In this document: positions 47,165 to 56,200 of the stretch, piece by piece | Layout: each line of letters starts with the position of its first letter | Position numbering within the stretch: position 1 is the first letter of the stretch | Source: Candidatus Woesearchaeota archaeon | Lineage (GTDB): Archaea; Nanobdellota; Nanobdellia; Woesearchaeales; UBA10216 | NCBI GenBank assembly: GCA_016192915.1 | Contig: JACPTF010000002.1 | Span: forward strand, 131,530 to 195,529 | Length of the DNA: 64,000 nucleotides | Reading direction: 5' to 3' | Notes under the pieces: model-generated | Told to the model about the DNA's origin: nothing | The model's database searches: none | Seen by the model: only the letters and a program-made list of their open reading frames with translations | Translations under genes and position numbers: made by a program

Positions 47165-47836
47165 ATGGAGCTGCCCCAAGAAAGTTTTGAAGAGCTTCTG
47201 AGCAGTCGCAGGCTGCGCATTTCACTTGTTGGAATGTCCAACGTTGGCAAGACTCGCAGAGTCAAGAGCCTTGTCGCAGACACTTCCTTGAACTTTATCC
47301 GGGTTTGCGGCGACGACCTTATTGAAGCCAAGCTTAAACCTTTTCTGGAAGGGAAAGGCTTCCGTGGCGTCAACGGTGTTGCTGCGTGGATGGGCCAGCC
47401 TTACGAAGCCCGCTACCCTGAAACCCAGCGGCTTTTTCTGGAGTTTGAGGAGGAGGCGATGGCGGAGATTGATTACTCTGTTGGCAAGAACATGGTTGTT
47501 GACACCACCGGCAGCGTCATTTACCTCTCCCAGCAGGCACTGAAACGGCTGAAAGAGAACACACTCATCATTTACCTGGAAGCAACAGAAGACGTCAAGA
47601 AAATGTTGTTTGAAAGATACATTTCCAACCCGAAGCCCGTAGTCTGGGGCAGCAGCTTTAACAGAAAGGGAAGGGAAAGTGATTTGGAAGCGCTTAAAAG
47701 ATGCTATCCTCAGCTGCTTGACTACAGGGCAGCAAGGTACGAGCAGCTGGCTGATATAGCTGTTCCGCATTACATTCTTCGCGACACAACAGGGCAGCAG
47801 TTTTTGGAAGAGGTAAGAAAGAGGCTGCGCCCTTAG
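47165..47836 (+). CDS. Shikimate-kinase-like P-loop kinase
   Basis: GMSNVGKT, DTTGSVIY, IIYLE, C-terminal RxxxYEQLAD. Confidence 0.75.
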   Translation: MELPQESFEELLSSRRLRISLVGMSNVGKTRRVKSLVADTSLNFIRVCGDDLIEAKLKPFLEGKGFRGVNGVAAWMGQPYEARYPETQRLFLEFEEEAMAEIDYSVGKNMVVDTTGSVIYLSQQALKRLKENTLIIYLEATEDVKKMLFERYISNPKPVVWGSSFNRKGRESDLEALKRCYPQLLDYRAARYEQLADIAVPHYILRDTTGQQFLEEVRKRLRP

Positions 47837-47871
47837 TAAACTTTTTAATACGACCCCTTTTCCACCACAAT

Positions 47872-48612
47872 ATGCCGAACATAAAGGAATTAACAACCAA
47901 GATAGAAAATATCATCACATATTCGGAAAACCTCAGGGTTCTCAGGCTCAGGCTTCCTGAAGGCAGCGGCTTTTCGTTTGTTCCAGGCCAGTTTGTGATG
48001 GTTTCCCTTCCAGGCCTTGCTGACGCCAATGGCAGAAAGATAGCAAAGGCTTACTCTATAGCATCCTCTCCATCACAAAGTGGCATTCTTGAGCTTTGCA
48101 TAGTAAGCTACCCAGCGGGCGCCCTGTCCCCGAAGGTGTTCCAGAAAAACATCGGTGACGAGGTTGTTGTGACAGGGCCTTACGGCGTATTTCAGCTTAA
48201 GCAGCCTGTCCACCCAGGCACTGTTTTTATGGCTGGAGGCACAGGCCTTGCCCCTCTGATTAGCATGCTTAGGTCGCTTTATGCTGAAGGCTACAAGGAA
48301 AAGTTGTGGCTTTTTTACAGTGCCAGCGAGCCAAAGCTGTTCCTGTTCAGGGAAGAGATTCTCGGATACGCTAAACATAATAACCTGCAGCTTGTTGTTT
48401 CAACCAGCAATGGCAACTCTGAATGGGTGTGGGAAAAGGGAAGGGTAACCGAGACGTTCCCTAAACACCTGCAGCAGCTGCAGCAGGACGGCGTTCCAAA
48501 TGAGGAAAGGCAGTTTTACATCTGCGGCCCTCCGCTAATGGTCACTGATACAGTAAAAATGCTGCTTGAGCTCGGCTTCAAAAAGGAGAACATCCACAAG
48601 GAGCAGTGGTAG
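47872..48612 (+). CDS. Ferredoxin--NAD(P) reductase-like flavoprotein
   Basis: FVPGQF, KAYSIAS, GPYG, AGGTGLAP, YICGPP. Confidence 0.9.
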   Translation: MPNIKELTTKIENIITYSENLRVLRLRLPEGSGFSFVPGQFVMVSLPGLADANGRKIAKAYSIASSPSQSGILELCIVSYPAGALSPKVFQKNIGDEVVVTGPYGVFQLKQPVHPGTVFMAGGTGLAPLISMLRSLYAEGYKEKLWLFYSASEPKLFLFREEILGYAKHNNLQLVVSTSNGNSEWVWEKGRVTETFPKHLQQLQQDGVPNEERQFYICGPPLMVTDTVKMLLELGFKKENIHKEQW

Positions 48613-48644
48613 AACCTTTTTAACAAAAAGGTTCATCAAAAACT
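48612..48644 (+). repeat. Family B palindrome plus tail filling a convergent gap
   Basis: GAACCTTTTT-AAC-AAAAAGGTTC-ATCAAAAACT, touching both stop codons. Confidence 0.8.
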
Positions 48645-49275
48645 ACATCTGCTTTGCAACCCCATTCTTCGGGCACAAGTTGTTGAGCATGCACTTGCTG
48701 CAAAAGGGAACTGGCGCCCTGCACACAGCCCTGCCGTGGTCTTTGAGCAGCCACGTTATCCTTTTCCACTCTGGCTTGGGAACGATTGCCATAAGGTCTT
48801 TTTCTATCTTTTCGGGATTGGTGTTTTTTGTCAGTCCAAGGCGGTAGCTCAATCGGATTACGTGGGTGTCCACGGTAATTCCGAGCACTTTACCGAAGGC
48901 GTTAATCAGGATGGCATTCGCTGTCTTTCTTCCAATCCCTGGCAGCGATGTCAGCTCTTCCATTGTTTCAGGAACTTTCCCATTGTGCTTGTTAACAAGC
49001 AGCTTTGCTGCTTCCCTGATGTTTTTTGCCTTGTTGTTGAAGAACGTGATTGACTTTATGTCGTCTTCCTTTAGTTTTGTGAAGTCTGCAGCTGTTTTGT
49101 ACTTTTGAAATAATTTAGTCGTTGCGGCATTGACAACCTCATCGCGGCATTGCGCTGACAGAATAGCTGCCACCATGAGCTGCAGAGGGTTTGAGAAGCT
49201 CAGGTAGTACTTTGAGTTTGGATACTCTTTTTTCAAAATTCTTATTGCATCTTCGGCATTTGCTGCGATTGTCAC
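48643..49275 (-). CDS. nth: Endonuclease III
   Basis: ILSAQ, LPGIGRKTA, VDTHVIR, C-x6-C-x2-C-x5-C. Confidence 0.95.
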   Translation of the reverse strand: MTIAANAEDAIRILKKEYPNSKYYLSFSNPLQLMVAAILSAQCRDEVVNAATTKLFQKYKTAADFTKLKEDDIKSITFFNNKAKNIREAAKLLVNKHNGKVPETMEELTSLPGIGRKTANAILINAFGKVLGITVDTHVIRLSYRLGLTKNTNPEKIEKDLMAIVPKPEWKRITWLLKDHGRAVCRAPVPFCSKCMLNNLCPKNGVAKQM

Positions 49276-49359
49276 GGCATTTTCGATATTTTCATCCTTA
49301 TTAACTTTGTGGGAAAGTGGAGGAAAACTTTAAGAAAGGGCAAAAATTCTCGTCTCGTT

Positions 49360-49941
49360 ATGTCGGAATACGAGGTAAGGGTTGACAGGAAGAAGTGCAT
49401 CGGTGCAGGATTTTGCGAGAAGCTTGTGCCGAGGATGTTCAAACTCGATGTTAAGAATAAGGCAACGCTTAATGGCGGTGTGGCGGTCGATGACGAGACA
49501 GTAGCGCTGACCGTTGGTGATAATGACCTAAAGGATAGCGTAATGGCCGCCAAGGTCTGCCCTTCTTACGCTATTTCGGTTGCCAACAAAGCCACTGGGG
49601 AAAACGTGCTTGACATTGAGCCTGAAAAGCACATCGAGGTTAGGAACATACCTGCTCATTACGACAGCATGAAGGAGTGGGTGATGGACCCGCTCGGCTT
49701 TTTCACGATTAAGCCTTTCCCTGATGAAGGGGTTATCAGGGTTAGGTACTACAACGCAAAGCACCAGCTTGCAGCCCTGATAGAGGGAAAAAGCGCAGAG
49801 GAGATTTACATTACAATCTGCCGCGAGGGACTCGTATCAATTCCCAGCCACGCCGCTTATTTGGGCAGCGAGCTCCAGAAGGCGGAGATAGCCATGAAAA
49901 AGAGAATTGATTATGTGCAGGACGACCCCTTGAATATTTAG
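49360..49941 (+). CDS. Ferredoxin-DUF4346 fusion protein
   Basis: CIGAGFC...CPSYAI then DPLGFFTI...HAAYLGSELQKAE...YVQD. Confidence 0.8.
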   Translation: MSEYEVRVDRKKCIGAGFCEKLVPRMFKLDVKNKATLNGGVAVDDETVALTVGDNDLKDSVMAAKVCPSYAISVANKATGENVLDIEPEKHIEVRNIPAHYDSMKEWVMDPLGFFTIKPFPDEGVIRVRYYNAKHQLAALIEGKSAEEIYITICREGLVSIPSHAAYLGSELQKAEIAMKKRIDYVQDDPLNI

Positions 49942-50939
49942 GCAACTGCATTTATTGGTTTCTTCTTCGCAAAAGCGTTAATGTTCTCAATTGTCGTGTT
50001 AAGTATCCTCACTAGTGCCTCTTTGCTGTTGAAGGCGTTATGAGGGGTTATTATGACGTTCTTGTGGTTTAGTAGCATGTGGTTCTCAAGCATCGTTTTC
50101 AGGTCGCATTCCTTCTCAAAATCCTTTGACAGAAGCTGCTTCTCCTCCTTTATGCTGTATTCCTCTTCCAGAACGTCAAGCCCTGCCGCAGAGATTATCC
50201 CGCTATTCAGTGCCTTGAGCAGCGCTTTTGTCTCAATAAGCCCTCCCCTTGCAGTATTTATCAGCATTGCCCCTCTTTTTATCCTGCTGGTGTTGCTGCT
50301 GTTTATCATGTGGCGAGTTGCCTTGTTATAGGGGCAGTGCAATGTTATTATGTCAGAGCTTTTTAGTAGCGTGTCGAAGTCAACGTATCTGAAGCCAAGC
50401 CTTTTTGCTGCCGCAGCATCTTTTTTGACGTCAAACGCAATAACGTTCATCTCGAAGCCCCTTGCTATCCTTATGACGTGTATTCCTATGTGGCCTGTTC
50501 CGACAACACCGATTGTTTTGCCTTTCAGGTCAAAACCTCTTAGGCCGTCAAGGGTGAAGTCGCCGTGCCTTGTCCTTTCGGCAGAGTCAGCTATTCTCCT
50601 TGACAGTGCCAGAATAAGCGCGAATGTGTGCTCTGCAACCGTGTTTTCGCCGTAAGTTGGGACATTGCTCACTGCAATCTTCCTTTTCTTCGCAGCCGTA
50701 ATATCTATGTGGTCGTATCCTGTTGACATAGTTGCGATAAACCTGAGCTTTGGCAGCTTTCTCAGAACTGTTTTATCAACTTTAGAATAAATAAACATGG
50801 CAGCAGTATCGCAATCTTTGACCTTTGCAGCAGTCTCTTTTGTCAGGCTGTCATCAACAAAAACCAGGGTATGCCCTTTCAGGTTCTGCTTTATGTAGTC
50901 CTTTTCCCACTCCTCGAGCTCAAAGAAAGCGATTTTCAA
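49938..50939 (-). CDS. D-isomer 2-hydroxyacid (D-lactate-like) dehydrogenase
   Basis: STGYDHID, GTGHIG, INTARG, LDVLEEE, TPHNAF. Confidence 0.92.
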   Translation of the reverse strand: MKIAFFELEEWEKDYIKQNLKGHTLVFVDDSLTKETAAKVKDCDTAAMFIYSKVDKTVLRKLPKLRFIATMSTGYDHIDITAAKKRKIAVSNVPTYGENTVAEHTFALILALSRRIADSAERTRHGDFTLDGLRGFDLKGKTIGVVGTGHIGIHVIRIARGFEMNVIAFDVKKDAAAAKRLGFRYVDFDTLLKSSDIITLHCPYNKATRHMINSSNTSRIKRGAMLINTARGGLIETKALLKALNSGIISAAGLDVLEEEYSIKEEKQLLSKDFEKECDLKTMLENHMLLNHKNVIITPHNAFNSKEALVRILNTTIENINAFAKKKPINAVA

Positions 50940-50948
50940 TCTGCTGCC

Positions 50949-51380
50949 TCACTTGCTACCGGTGCTTCCGAATCCGCCCCGTGCCTTGCCCATTTGGTCT
51001 TTCTCGTCCCACTCAAACTTATCTACTTTGACAAAGATGCCCTGTGCCACCCTCTCGCCTTTGTCAACCCTGACAATGTTATCTGTGTTGTTGTAAACCT
51101 GAACTTTTACCTCATCGCCCTCGCCGCAGTAGTCGTTGTCTATAACGCCAATACCGTGCGGCTTAATCAGCCCTTTCTTCCTTGGAGTTGAGCTTCGCAG
51201 CGCCACCAGCAGCATGTAGCCAGGCGGCGTTTCGACAATTATGTTGCCGGGAATGAGTGCTATCTGCCGAGGCTGTATCTCCATATCCTCCCTTGAGTAA
51301 ATGTCAAACCCTACCGAGCCAGAGGTCTGGTAAACCGGCAGCGGCAGTGATTTATCAACGCGCTTTATCTTGACTTTCAT
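50949..51380 (-). CDS. dut: dUTP diphosphatase (trimeric)
   Basis: GFD, RSS, GVIDNDY, RVAQ, RGGFGSTG. Confidence 0.93.
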   Translation of the reverse strand: MKVKIKRVDKSLPLPVYQTSGSVGFDIYSREDMEIQPRQIALIPGNIIVETPPGYMLLVALRSSTPRKKGLIKPHGIGVIDNDYCGEGDEVKVQVYNNTDNIVRVDKGERVAQGIFVKVDKFEWDEKDQMGKARGGFGSTGSK

Positions 51381-51414
51381 ATTGGACAACTGCTTATTGG
51401 CTTTTCTTAAATGT

Positions 51415-52023
51415 TTACCCTTTTTCTGTCTGCGTTCTTGTTATTGAAAATTTTCCTTCCATTCTTCTATACCATTCTTTGGCCATATCCCACCTGTTTG
51501 TTTTCCCATCAATGAAATATAAGAATGCGGAAAACATAATATTTTCCCAGTCACCTGCCGCACCCGGAATCGGTATATTATCTAACCCTTCGTAAAATCC
51601 AAATAAGCTAGAAATACCTATTGCTAAAAATGGAAATCGAATAGGTCTGGTAAATGTGAAAAAGAGCGTTCCAGGAATATTTTTCACATCATCAAATTTT
51701 GTTGAAAACATCCTTATCCTCGGGGTTAAATAGAAAGGGTACGCGACTAAGTTGAAAAAAGCATCCCCTGCTTTGAATAATGCCGATTTAACGTTTCGCG
51801 GTTCGCTTAGCCAATAACCTGCCATACTGGCGCCGGCCATAAGACCTCCGCCTATGATGACCGCCTGCGCTACTTGATACCTGTCAACACCAGTCTTGCT
51901 TATTAGCGAAGCCAACCCATCAACAGCTGTTTTGACTGTTCGGTCAGGCAGCAGTAAAGCATTCCAGGCAATGTCGCCTAGTTTTTTCTCAATGCCCATC
52001 ACTAAAAGGGAAGTAGAATCCAT
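51415..52023 (-). CDS. Hypothetical membrane protein
   Basis: 202-aa ORF with hydrophobic segments between nrdR and dut. Confidence 0.6.
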   Translation of the reverse strand: MDSTSLLVMGIEKKLGDIAWNALLLPDRTVKTAVDGLASLISKTGVDRYQVAQAVIIGGGLMAGASMAGYWLSEPRNVKSALFKAGDAFFNLVAYPFYLTPRIRMFSTKFDDVKNIPGTLFFTFTRPIRFPFLAIGISSLFGFYEGLDNIPIPGAAGDWENIMFSAFLYFIDGKTNRWDMAKEWYRRMEGKFSITRTQTEKG

Positions 52024-52031
52024 TTAAAAAA

Positions 52032-52478
52032 TTACTTCTTTATCAGCTTCTTCAGTTCCTTCTCAAAGCTCTCGAGGTCGGCAAATTCCCTGTAGACAGA
52101 AGCAAATCTGATGTAGGCAACCTTGTCGAGCTTTTTGAGCTTCCTCATAACCAATTCGCCGACATGGCTGCTGCTTAGTTCTTTTTTCTCCTCGTTTCTT
52201 AGCTCGGCCTCTATCTCGTCAACTGCGTGGTCTATCTTTTCCTGCGGTATGGGCCTTTTCTCGCAGGCCTTAGTCATGCCGCTTCTGAGCTTCTCGCGGT
52301 TGAACGGCTCCCTTCTTCCGTCCTTTTTCACAACAACAAGGTCAAACGGCTCAATCCGTTCGTAAGTCGTAAAGCGCTTTTTGCAGCGAAGGCACTCTCT
52401 CCTGCGCCGTGTTGCCTCGTTTGCCTCGCGCTTGTCAACAACCCTGTGCTCTTCGTTTCCGCAGTAGGGGCAGTTCAT
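52032..52478 (-). CDS. nrdR: Transcriptional repressor NrdR
   Basis: CPYC, RRRREC, RFTTYE, VVKKDGRRE ATP cone, VAYIRFASVY. Confidence 0.96.
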   Translation of the reverse strand: MNCPYCGNEEHRVVDKREANEATRRRRECLRCKKRFTTYERIEPFDLVVVKKDGRREPFNREKLRSGMTKACEKRPIPQEKIDHAVDEIEAELRNEEKKELSSSHVGELVMRKLKKLDKVAYIRFASVYREFADLESFEKELKKLIKK

Positions 52479-52493
52479 GGTATTTTCGAAGAA

Positions 52494-53042
52494 TCAGTCT
52501 CGGTTATAGTATTTATAAGTTGGCTTTTCCTCTTTGATGTTGCCCTTCTTGTTCTCAACCCTTGCCATTACATGGAAAAGCGACGAGAGCCTGTTGGCGT
52601 ATTTCAGCAGAAACGGGTTGGTTTCCTCTTTTTTTGCCAGCCTTACAAGCTGCCTTTCGGCCCTTCTGGATACTGTTCTTGCAAGGTGGAGCAGGGCTGC
52701 TTCTTTGTTGCCTCCTGGGAAGATAAATGACCTTTGCGGCTCCAGGGATCTTTCAGCATCGTCAATTATTTTTTCTATGCGTTCAACGTGTTTTTCCGTA
52801 ATCCTAGGCATGTTGTCTATTACCGCAGCGATTTCAGCGCATATGGTGTGTATGTCGTCCTGTACTGTCTTGAGAAGGCTCATTGCGTCTTCTGAGTCAG
52901 AAAATGTCCCGGCAACCCCAACAACGGCGTTGAGCTCGTCAAAGCACCCGAGAACCTCTATCCTTGTATCATCCTTTTCTATGTTGCATCTTCCGATTAT
53001 GGATGTTGTCCCGTCATCCCCTATGCACGTGTAGCATGCCAT
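52494..53042 (-). CDS. pduO: PduO-type cob(I)alamin adenosyltransferase
   Basis: YTxxGDDGTT, DELNA, FIFPGG, HLARTVSRRAER, NRLS. Confidence 0.9.
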   Translation of the reverse strand: MACYTCIGDDGTTSIIGRCNIEKDDTRIEVLGCFDELNAVVGVAGTFSDSEDAMSLLKTVQDDIHTICAEIAAVIDNMPRITEKHVERIEKIIDDAERSLEPQRSFIFPGGNKEAALLHLARTVSRRAERQLVRLAKKEETNPFLLKYANRLSSLFHVMARVENKKGNIKEEKPTYKYYNRD

Positions 53043-53050
53043 TTTTTATC

Positions 53051-53133
53051 GTTTTTTGGTTGAGCCGCAAGTCGCTAGCAACTGCGCACAGTCGAGCTAT
53101 GCTCGACTTGTGTTTTTGCTTGCAAAAAGGTCA
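53051..53133. repeat. Degenerate Family A doublet (53066-53112) nested in a reverse-oriented Family B element
   Basis: CGCA-A-GTCGC-TA-GCAAC-TGCG joined to CACA-GTCGAGC-TAT-GCTCGAC-T-TGTG, followed by TTTTTGCTTGCAAAAAGGTCA. Confidence 0.75.
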
Positions 53134-53247
53134 TGAGCAAATCCCCCAGCCGCATGCCTCGTCTTTGCAGCTGAAGCAGGTGCCTTCGCTTTTGATTTCC
53201 TTTTTGACATGCCCTCCACAGTTCGGGCATTCGGTTACGTCTTTCAT
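53131..53247 (-). CDS. 38-aa zinc-ribbon microprotein
   Basis: MKDVTECPNCGG...EGTCFSCKDEACGWGICS, resembling the NrdJ C-terminal ribbon. Confidence 0.6.
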   Translation of the reverse strand: MKDVTECPNCGGHVKKEIKSEGTCFSCKDEACGWGICS

Positions 53248-53270
53248 TTTCGTAAGGTGGATTTCTTTGG

Positions 53271-56200
53271 TTAAACTTCGCACTTGCTGAATCCGCAGTC
53301 CTCGTTGAGGCAGGAGTGGCAGCCGTTTTCTATCTTCAGTGTTTTCTTGCCGCATGATTGGCAGTTGCTGAGCTTCATGTCTGAAGCATAAATCTCCTTG
53401 CCGTTTCCATGCGCTTCGTGAGTTTCTTTTTTTTCAGCTGCAACAGCCACTGTTGCGAGAGGTTCGCTTACAAAATTATCCACGGCCTTTGTGAAGAGGT
53501 ACCTGTTGCCTTCCTTTTTCAGCAGGCCATTTCTCAAGGCGTGGTATGCGGTGGTGAGCCTGCCGTTTGGGAGCCCTATGACATCGTCTCCGTGAAGCAG
53601 CTTTTGCTCGCCGTCAATCTCGACATCGTGGATTTGCTCTTTGCTGTCTTGGAACTCAGACTCGTGGGTTTCTGTGCTTAGTATGGGGAATCTTGAGCCT
53701 TCCCTGTATATGGTTATGCCCTTGAGCCCGTGCTTCCAGGCATCAAGGTAAATGTTTGATATTGTTTCCGGGTCAATGTCCTCTGGCAGGTTGACTGTTG
53801 AGGAGATGCTGTGGTCTATGTATTTCTGCCATAGCCCCTGCACCACCACTCTTTTGCTCGGGTCTATGAAGTGCGCTGTCCTGAAGAAGTGCGCTGGCAA
53901 TATTCGCTTCAGCTCTTCAGCATCCTTGCATTTCTGGGCTTCTTCAGCCAGGTTGTGCTGCTGTATGTAGCCGTCAACTGTAGAGTGGAATATTTTGAAG
54001 AACATGTTGCTCCCCCCTGAGCTGAGGCCCTCTGACCTTCTGGTGTAGTAAAGGGCAAACACAGGCTCTATCCCCCCGCTTACTCCGATAAAGTTCCTGT
54101 CTCCAAGCCTGTAGCCAAGCACTATGTTTGATATTGTCCCTGTTGGGGCTATTGAGAGTATTGCGACGTTTCTGAGCCCTTTCTTCCTTATCGTTTCTTT
54201 CGTCTCATCAGTTAGTATTTCCTGGAAGAACCTTCCCCTGCTGTATGCCTCATACTCGAATATTGGCGATGGCGTTTTTTCCTCTGCCAGCTCAGCTGAT
54301 GCGTCGTATGCAGTGTTTGCGAAAAGCTTTGCGGCTTCTTCGAGTATCTTTATCCCTTTTTCGCTGTCATACCCTGTTCCGAGCTGGTTGAGCATGTCTG
54401 CTATGCCCATAACGCCAAGCCCGAGCCTTCTTGTTTCGTAAGCTGCCTTTCTTTGCTTTTCAAGCGGATTTAGAAGCTCGTTCCACGTTACAACATTGTC
54501 AAGGAACCTTACAGACAGTGCTGTTGTGTCCTTAATGCCTTCCCAGTCTATCCCTGCATTGTCCGTATATCCGTTCACAACAAACCTTGACAAGTTTACT
54601 GAAGCCAGGTTGCACGCCCCTCCGTCTTCAAGAGGAACCTCTCCGCAGTTGTGCACGACGATGCCGTTGGCTATGAAAGAGTGCGTTATTGGCTCTTGCA
54701 GGTCATAAACTTCTTTTAACCCATTAGCGTTTATGCTGCTAATGTTGTCATATGTGCTCCTGCCTTCTCTATTTGTTAAAATTTTGTTGCCGGCAGTAAG
54801 ATTCCTGGCTTCTGCCCAACCCCCGGTCGTCATTACCTTATGGTCTTTAGTGCATACCAGTTCAAAACCCTTCTGTGTTGTTATTTTCAGCGTGTCCTTC
54901 TCTCCTGTTTTAATTGCGGCAGCTATGGGAAGTAATATTTTGCCCTCTAGTACTAAGCCGTTGCCTGGCAGCATCCTGGCATCTACAGCCACATTTACCC
55001 CGCCATTGCCGTAGTTTTCAGCAATTTCCTTAATTGTCATGATTCCATTATCTGTTTCTATTTTGGTGTCGCCAGCAACGCAAGGGTTTGTGCTGGCTAT
55101 CGGCCTTCCGACGTAGTTGGATGGCGAATACTTTACCATGGTGCTCCAGAATATGAGCCCTGGCTCAGCTGTCTTGTAGTTTCCCTCTATGAATGCGTTC
55201 CATATTGTCCTTGCCTTTACCAGGCGCTTTATCTCGCCTGTTTCCCTTGCGTTATAGTAAAGCATGAAGTCCCCTGCGTGCTTTATGGCAAGGTCGAATT
55301 CTGAGCTCCTGTCATGTACTACGAAATCCCCAAACATGTCCCTTTTTGACACATCAGTGAGGTCTTTCTCTGTTATTGCCTCTGAGTTGTGCCCTGTAAG
55401 GAAGCTGTTAAGCTCTTCAAAGGTATCAAATGCCTTCATCAGCCTGTACTTTTCTATTGGCTTTGCAGGAATTCCATACGAATAGTGCACTGCCCCGCCC
55501 TGCATGATTCCGAGTCCTGATACGCTTTTGTCTTTCAGGTAGACGAGTACCTTTTCTGTGCCGTATTTGTTCTGCTCTTCTACTGCCTGCATGAACTCAT
55601 CAGTTACTTTCAGGCTGATATTGGCAAACCTGACCTGCGTGTTCTCCCTTACCTGCCGTTCTACGTCCCTTAGCTGCTGCTCGTTGAACTTGCCTGACCA
55701 TTTGCACTGCTCCACTATCTGGTTTGTTACCCAGTTCGGTACCTTCTTCACGTTGATGAAGTGCGGGCTGTCAGGGTGCTTTATGTCAATCGTCAGCATC
55801 AATGCCCCCCTTCTTCCTGACTGGCCAATCAGCCCTGTTGTTAATGAAAATAATTCCATGAATGAAACGCTTCCTGTTGACGTATCTGCAGCATTATGGA
55901 CTATCGAGCCCTTCGGCCTCAACCCAGAGATGTCCACCCCGATGCCCCCTCCATAGGAGTATGTCCTTGCGCATTCATACGCAGACTGGTATATGGCTTC
56001 TATATTATCCTCTGAAATCAGTGATACAAAGCAGTTTGCCAGTGTCTTCAGCCTGTAAAGGTCCCCCCCGCCTGCTATGACCCTGCCTCCCGGCACAAAA
56101 TAGCCCTCGTACAATGCCCTGTAGAATCTTGCAGCCCACTCCCTTTGCTTTTCTGGCGTTGGCTCAACAGCGGCCATGAAGGCAGCCAGCCTTGAGTAAA

